A DNA stretch of 64,000 bases from Spirochaetia bacterium (lineage in GTDB: Bacteria; Spirochaetota; Spirochaetia; UBA9216): positions 32,001-96,000 of the forward strand of contig OZ223264.1 in the NCBI GenBank assembly GCA_965140585.1. The letters run 5' to 3'. The notes beneath the pieces are model-generated. The model made no database searches, was not told where the DNA came from, and saw nothing but the letters and a program-made list of their open reading frames with translations. Made by a program: the position numbers and the translations under genes. The first letter of the stretch is position 1. Each line of letters begins with the position of its first letter. Positions 60,344-64,000 of this stretch are shown here, one piece after another.

Positions 60344-60937
60344 ATGAAAATAAAGTCAATTATTCTCGTGCTTATTCTGATAGCCTCTTCGGTTTCTTTG
60401 TACGGTATTCCGTCCAACCTTACCGGTGATGAAGAGGGCTGGTTTGAGCTGAATATCGGCTACACCCTTACTATTCCTGTTATGGCTACGGAAAAATTCG
60501 GTCATAATCTTCGAGGCGGATTTGTGTGGAGTATGAATAATATCGGTCTTGGTGCAGGCTTTATGGCCGGTGAGGATTATGCCAATTGTTATGCGGAGGG
60601 TCATTATTATTTTGATGTCCCGGGTATGGATTCTCTAAATATTCCGGTATTTATCAAGGCTGGTTTTTTTCAGTCCGGAATTCTGGGATGGCTTGGTCTT
60701 TCTGCTGAGACAGGGTTGAAATACTTCTTTGATGAGAAAGTTGAAGACATTGGACCTTCGCTGGAGTATTACTATAAATCACTGGAACTGCTCAGCGAAA
60801 TGGATTTTCTGATTATCCCGCTGTTTGATACTGCATCCCGTGAATTAAAAACGGCTGACAGGTTTATCTTTTCAGCCTCTGCAGTATATAGTTTTGATAC
60901 AACACCGAGGCCCTCCAGCGGTGTATACTACTACTAA
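60344..60937 (+). CDS. Exported, possibly outer-membrane beta-barrel protein
   Basis: Signal peptide; alternating Gly/aromatic strands. Confidence 0.6.
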   Translation: MKIKSIILVLILIASSVSLYGIPSNLTGDEEGWFELNIGYTLTIPVMATEKFGHNLRGGFVWSMNNIGLGAGFMAGEDYANCYAEGHYYFDVPGMDSLNIPVFIKAGFFQSGILGWLGLSAETGLKYFFDEKVEDIGPSLEYYYKSLELLSEMDFLIIPLFDTASRELKTADRFIFSASAVYSFDTTPRPSSGVYYY

Positions 60938-60956
60938 ATATAAAAAGTGAGTTGTT

Positions 60957-63900
60957 ATGAAAAAAATCATTCTTTTAATCATTATTTCAATTCTGATCTT
61001 TTCATGCGGAGATAAGTCAGGACCGCCGGCTGTACAGGTTGATGCCGAAACTGTAGAATTTTCAGGGCTTGACGGCACTGTTGTCGGCCGTGATATGTCC
61101 AACCTGGTTGGCGGACCGTCAGAGGATGTTTCTGATGAAGGATACACCAGAGAAGGCTTTGATCTATCGGCAACGACAGTAAACTACTTTTCTGTAGATG
61201 AGCTGGATTCTGCTGATTTTATTATTGAAGATGATGGACTGAGTTTTGATGTAACCGATTTCGGGCCGGAGGGGCAGCTTCCCCGTGAAAACAGGAAACC
61301 GGTAATCTATGTTACATTTTCACATGCAATGGTTCCGATCGGAAAACTCGGCGCGCCGCTCTCTGTGTTTGACGGACTTTCAATTACTCCTGAACTTAAG
61401 GGAACCTACCACTGGTACGGTACGCGGACGCTGAGTTTCGAACCGGATGAACTGCTGCAGAGCCAGCAGGAGTACATGGTTACAGTCAGCAGTAATCTTC
61501 AGTCTCTTGGGAAGAAGTCGCTTGCAAAAGATTTTAGTTTCATTTTTAAGACTGAGCCCCTGGACATTGCCGGAATGCGTCCGGGAACATATGACAGGGT
61601 CTGGGATGACTTTTTCAATGTTCCCCCGGATTTCTCTCAGAATATTCTACTTTCATTTACTGAACCGGTTGATGCAGAATATATAAAATCCTTCATAAAA
61701 ATCAGATCCGGGCAAAAGGATTTTTCATTCAGGGTTTCAAGACCTGAAAGTGAAGAGCAGGAGCTTGATGAAAATTATATTTCAAGAACTCTTCAGCTGG
61801 AGCTCGATGAGGCTCCTCCCTTTGATTCGGATATTAATGTTGTGCTTGAAGCCGGAGCCGCCTCGGCTGAAGGAAAAAACGGCAGGCCGGGGGCAGTTTT
61901 CAGAAAATATCATACCCTCAAGCCTTTCAGGTTTGTATCAGAGAGCACATATTCCTATGCATTTCCCCGAAGCCGTACAGGTACAATTAACCCTGTTTTT
62001 ATTGAAATGTCCCAGCCGGTAAACAGCACGGGAGCAATTGATTTAATAAGTACGTCATTTGGAGCAATTGAAGACTGGGCTGACAAGGTTGAAATCTGGG
62101 AGAATATAATCAGGATAAACGATCTGCCAGTTGAGTACGGCAAAAATTACGAAGTAGTTCTTAAGGCCGGGCTTTCAGATATATACGGCCAGGAGCTTCA
62201 AACCGACAGGGCTGTTGAAGTCTATGTGCCGGAAGCCTCGCCCTATGCCTATTTTCCGGGCGGCAGCGTTTACCGTGATACCGACTACAACTTCAGAATG
62301 CTTGAATCACAGTTTACCCCTAAGGTGATATATGAATACCAGAATGTTTCCGAGGGACAGATGGCTGTTACACCGGTTTCAAACCTCTACAGCAATATAA
62401 GAACTGAGCTGACTCCGGTTGATTTTACCGACAGCCGTAAAAATGAGGCCAATTATAAAATTCTCGATCTAAGCCCCTGGCTGAATGAAGACGGTTTCGG
62501 TTCGGTACAGCTGAACTGGAACTTCATTAATCCAAGCACAAGCCGCTACAAGAATGATTACAAGCAGAACCTTGTCGTTCAGGTTACCGATCTCGGTGTA
62601 ACCGTAAGATACGCTTACAATACGATTCTCGTCTGGGTTAACAGCCTTACCGGCGGAGAGCCGGTTGCCGGTGCCGATGTTTCAATCAAAGTAGGAGGAA
62701 GTGATAAAATCATGCAGACTGATGCTGACGGGCTCGCTGTTTTTGAACTGGTCGGTTATGAAAATAAGAATGTCTACAGCAGCCGCTATCACTCCCGATT
62801 CAGCAATCCTCTTACAGTTACGGTTAACGGAGACAGGGCTGACTTTCTGCCGTCCGGAACCCACAGCGCCTGGCATTTCGGTGTGTATTCAGGAGCCGGA
62901 CCCTGGGCCGGAAATGATCCCGAGCCGGTTACCTTCTTTTTTACAGATCGCGGACTCTACAGACCGGGAGAAACCCTTACCTTCCGGGGAATAGATCGTG
63001 ATATCAGGCTCGGCGACTTCGAATCCTACATCGGCGATTTTCAGCTTACTGCAAAAAAGCAGGAATGGCGGGCTAAACCCTTTAATGAAATCACCGGTTC
63101 AACAACGACTGAAGGCGGATTCTACGGAAAGATAGACCTGCCTGAAAACCTCGAACCCGGAACCTATCAGCTGGCCTACAAGAGAGCCGGTGGTACAGGA
63201 GAGACCAGGCTGAGCTTTGAGATAGCCAACTTCCGCAGACTCAACTTCGAGGTCAGCTCAAAGGTTCCACAGCGGCTGTTTATTCAGGGTGATACAGTTT
63301 CTGTTCCTGTTAAAGCCTCCTATCTGGCCGGCGGAGCAATGGCTAATGCTGATTACGGCTACTTCTGGACAAGGCAGCCTGCATGGTTTCATCCGGAAGG
63401 CGAAAAATACAGCGACTGGGTTTTCGGCCCAGATCATTCAGGTGGAACTCAGAATCTTACCCATAAAACCGGAAAACTTAATGCCTCCGGAGAAGTCCGT
63501 GCAGAACAGGAAACCGGCGATGAAACTATCGAAGGCCAGCCTTTCAGGTATGTGCTGGAAACCACTGTTGAAGATATTGACCGCCAGGAAGTTTCAAGCC
63601 GGGCATCGGTTCTGGTTCATCCTGGAAGCTTTTATATAGGCGCCAAACTTACATCCGGCAGCAAGGGCTGGTGGTCGCGTTTTGTTGCTGAAGATACCGA
63701 GCAGACCGCCGAGTTTATTCTTGTAGACCCGGAAGGCGGTGAGGTTTCAGCAGAGGCCGAGATTACAGTCGAGCTTATCCAGCGATCCTGGGTGACCGCA
63801 CAGCAGCGGGGAGTCTACGGGCGGATAAATACCCGCTATACCCTGGTTGAGAATGTTGTTGATACGCAGATTGTAAAACACAGCGGGGGAACATCAACTG

Positions 63901-64000
63901 TTAAATTTAAGCCCTCAGAGGCCGGCTCATATATTCTTCGTTCAAAGGCTGTTGATGAAAAGGGCAGGACGATAGTAACCGATTTAAGGCTCTATGCAAC
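60957..64000 (+). CDS. Bacterial alpha-2-macroglobulin lipoprotein, 3'-truncated by the window edge (absent from the ORF track)
   Basis: MKKIILLIIISILIFSC lipobox; VTFSHAMV, VQVTDLG, FTDRGLYRPGE, ANFRRLNFEV, ASYLAGG, LVHPGSFYIG. Confidence 0.9.
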   Translation, partial: MKKIILLIIISILIFSCGDKSGPPAVQVDAETVEFSGLDGTVVGRDMSNLVGGPSEDVSDEGYTREGFDLSATTVNYFSVDELDSADFIIEDDGLSFDVTDFGPEGQLPRENRKPVIYVTFSHAMVPIGKLGAPLSVFDGLSITPELKGTYHWYGTRTLSFEPDELLQSQQEYMVTVSSNLQSLGKKSLAKDFSFIFKTEPLDIAGMRPGTYDRVWDDFFNVPPDFSQNILLSFTEPVDAEYIKSFIKIRSGQKDFSFRVSRPESEEQELDENYISRTLQLELDEAPPFDSDINVVLEAGAASAEGKNGRPGAVFRKYHTLKPFRFVSESTYSYAFPRSRTGTINPVFIEMSQPVNSTGAIDLISTSFGAIEDWADKVEIWENIIRINDLPVEYGKNYEVVLKAGLSDIYGQELQTDRAVEVYVPEASPYAYFPGGSVYRDTDYNFRMLESQFTPKVIYEYQNVSEGQMAVTPVSNLYSNIRTELTPVDFTDSRKNEANYKILDLSPWLNEDGFGSVQLNWNFINPSTSRYKNDYKQNLVVQVTDLGVTVRYAYNTILVWVNSLTGGEPVAGADVSIKVGGSDKIMQTDADGLAVFELVGYENKNVYSSRYHSRFSNPLTVTVNGDRADFLPSGTHSAWHFGVYSGAGPWAGNDPEPVTFFFTDRGLYRPGETLTFRGIDRDIRLGDFESYIGDFQLTAKKQEWRAKPFNEITGSTTTEGGFYGKIDLPENLEPGTYQLAYKRAGGTGETRLSFEIANFRRLNFEVSSKVPQRLFIQGDTVSVPVKASYLAGGAMANADYGYFWTRQPAWFHPEGEKYSDWVFGPDHSGGTQNLTHKTGKLNASGEVRAEQETGDETIEGQPFRYVLETTVEDIDRQEVSSRASVLVHPGSFYIGAKLTSGSKGWWSRFVAEDTEQTAEFILVDPEGGEVSAEAEITVELIQRSWVTAQQRGVYGRINTRYTLVENVVDTQIVKHSGGTSTVKFKPSEAGSYILRSKAVDEKGRTIVTDLRLYA

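Noticed and set aside
60872-63639. Short ORF-track entries at the right end
   Set aside because: Shadow ORFs over the alpha-2-macroglobulin frame
1-64000. CRISPR array, rRNA, tRNA, transposase, integrase, prophage
   Set aside because: No regular repeat-spacer array, recognisable RNA gene or mobile-element protein motif seen by eye

Overview
Chromosomal window from a moderate-GC bacterium, most likely an anaerobic free-living spirochaete. The taxonomy is inferred from gene style, MCPs, lipoproteins and alpha-2-macroglobulin, not measured. No rRNA, tRNA, CRISPR array or intact transposase was seen. Left to right: a peptidoglycan-recycling cluster (murQ, serine hydrolase, murR, nagZ, L-Ala-D/L-Glu epimerase, nagAB); a TetR-flanked DUF362/aldehyde:ferredoxin oxidoreductase/ferredoxin/MoaD operon; exbBD-tonB; many signalling genes (MCPs, two GGDEF, adenylate cyclase, HD-GYP); a copper operon (LDCC peptide, csoR, copA); and an alpha-2-macroglobulin gene that is missing from the ORF track and runs off the right edge. 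Best candidate for a new system: a Moco/Wco-class riboswitch apparently lacking P3 (tungsten-type) heads an operon encoding a signal-peptide-less Crp-like::WtpA fusion and a FecCD/BtuCD-type ABC importer, about 13 kb from the AOR operon. Other notable signals are at least eight apparently leaderless genes, about a dozen pseudogenes (many with internal deletions), and a twice-repeated 49-bp intergenic element. All calls are from reading the sequence by eye; no database searches were run.
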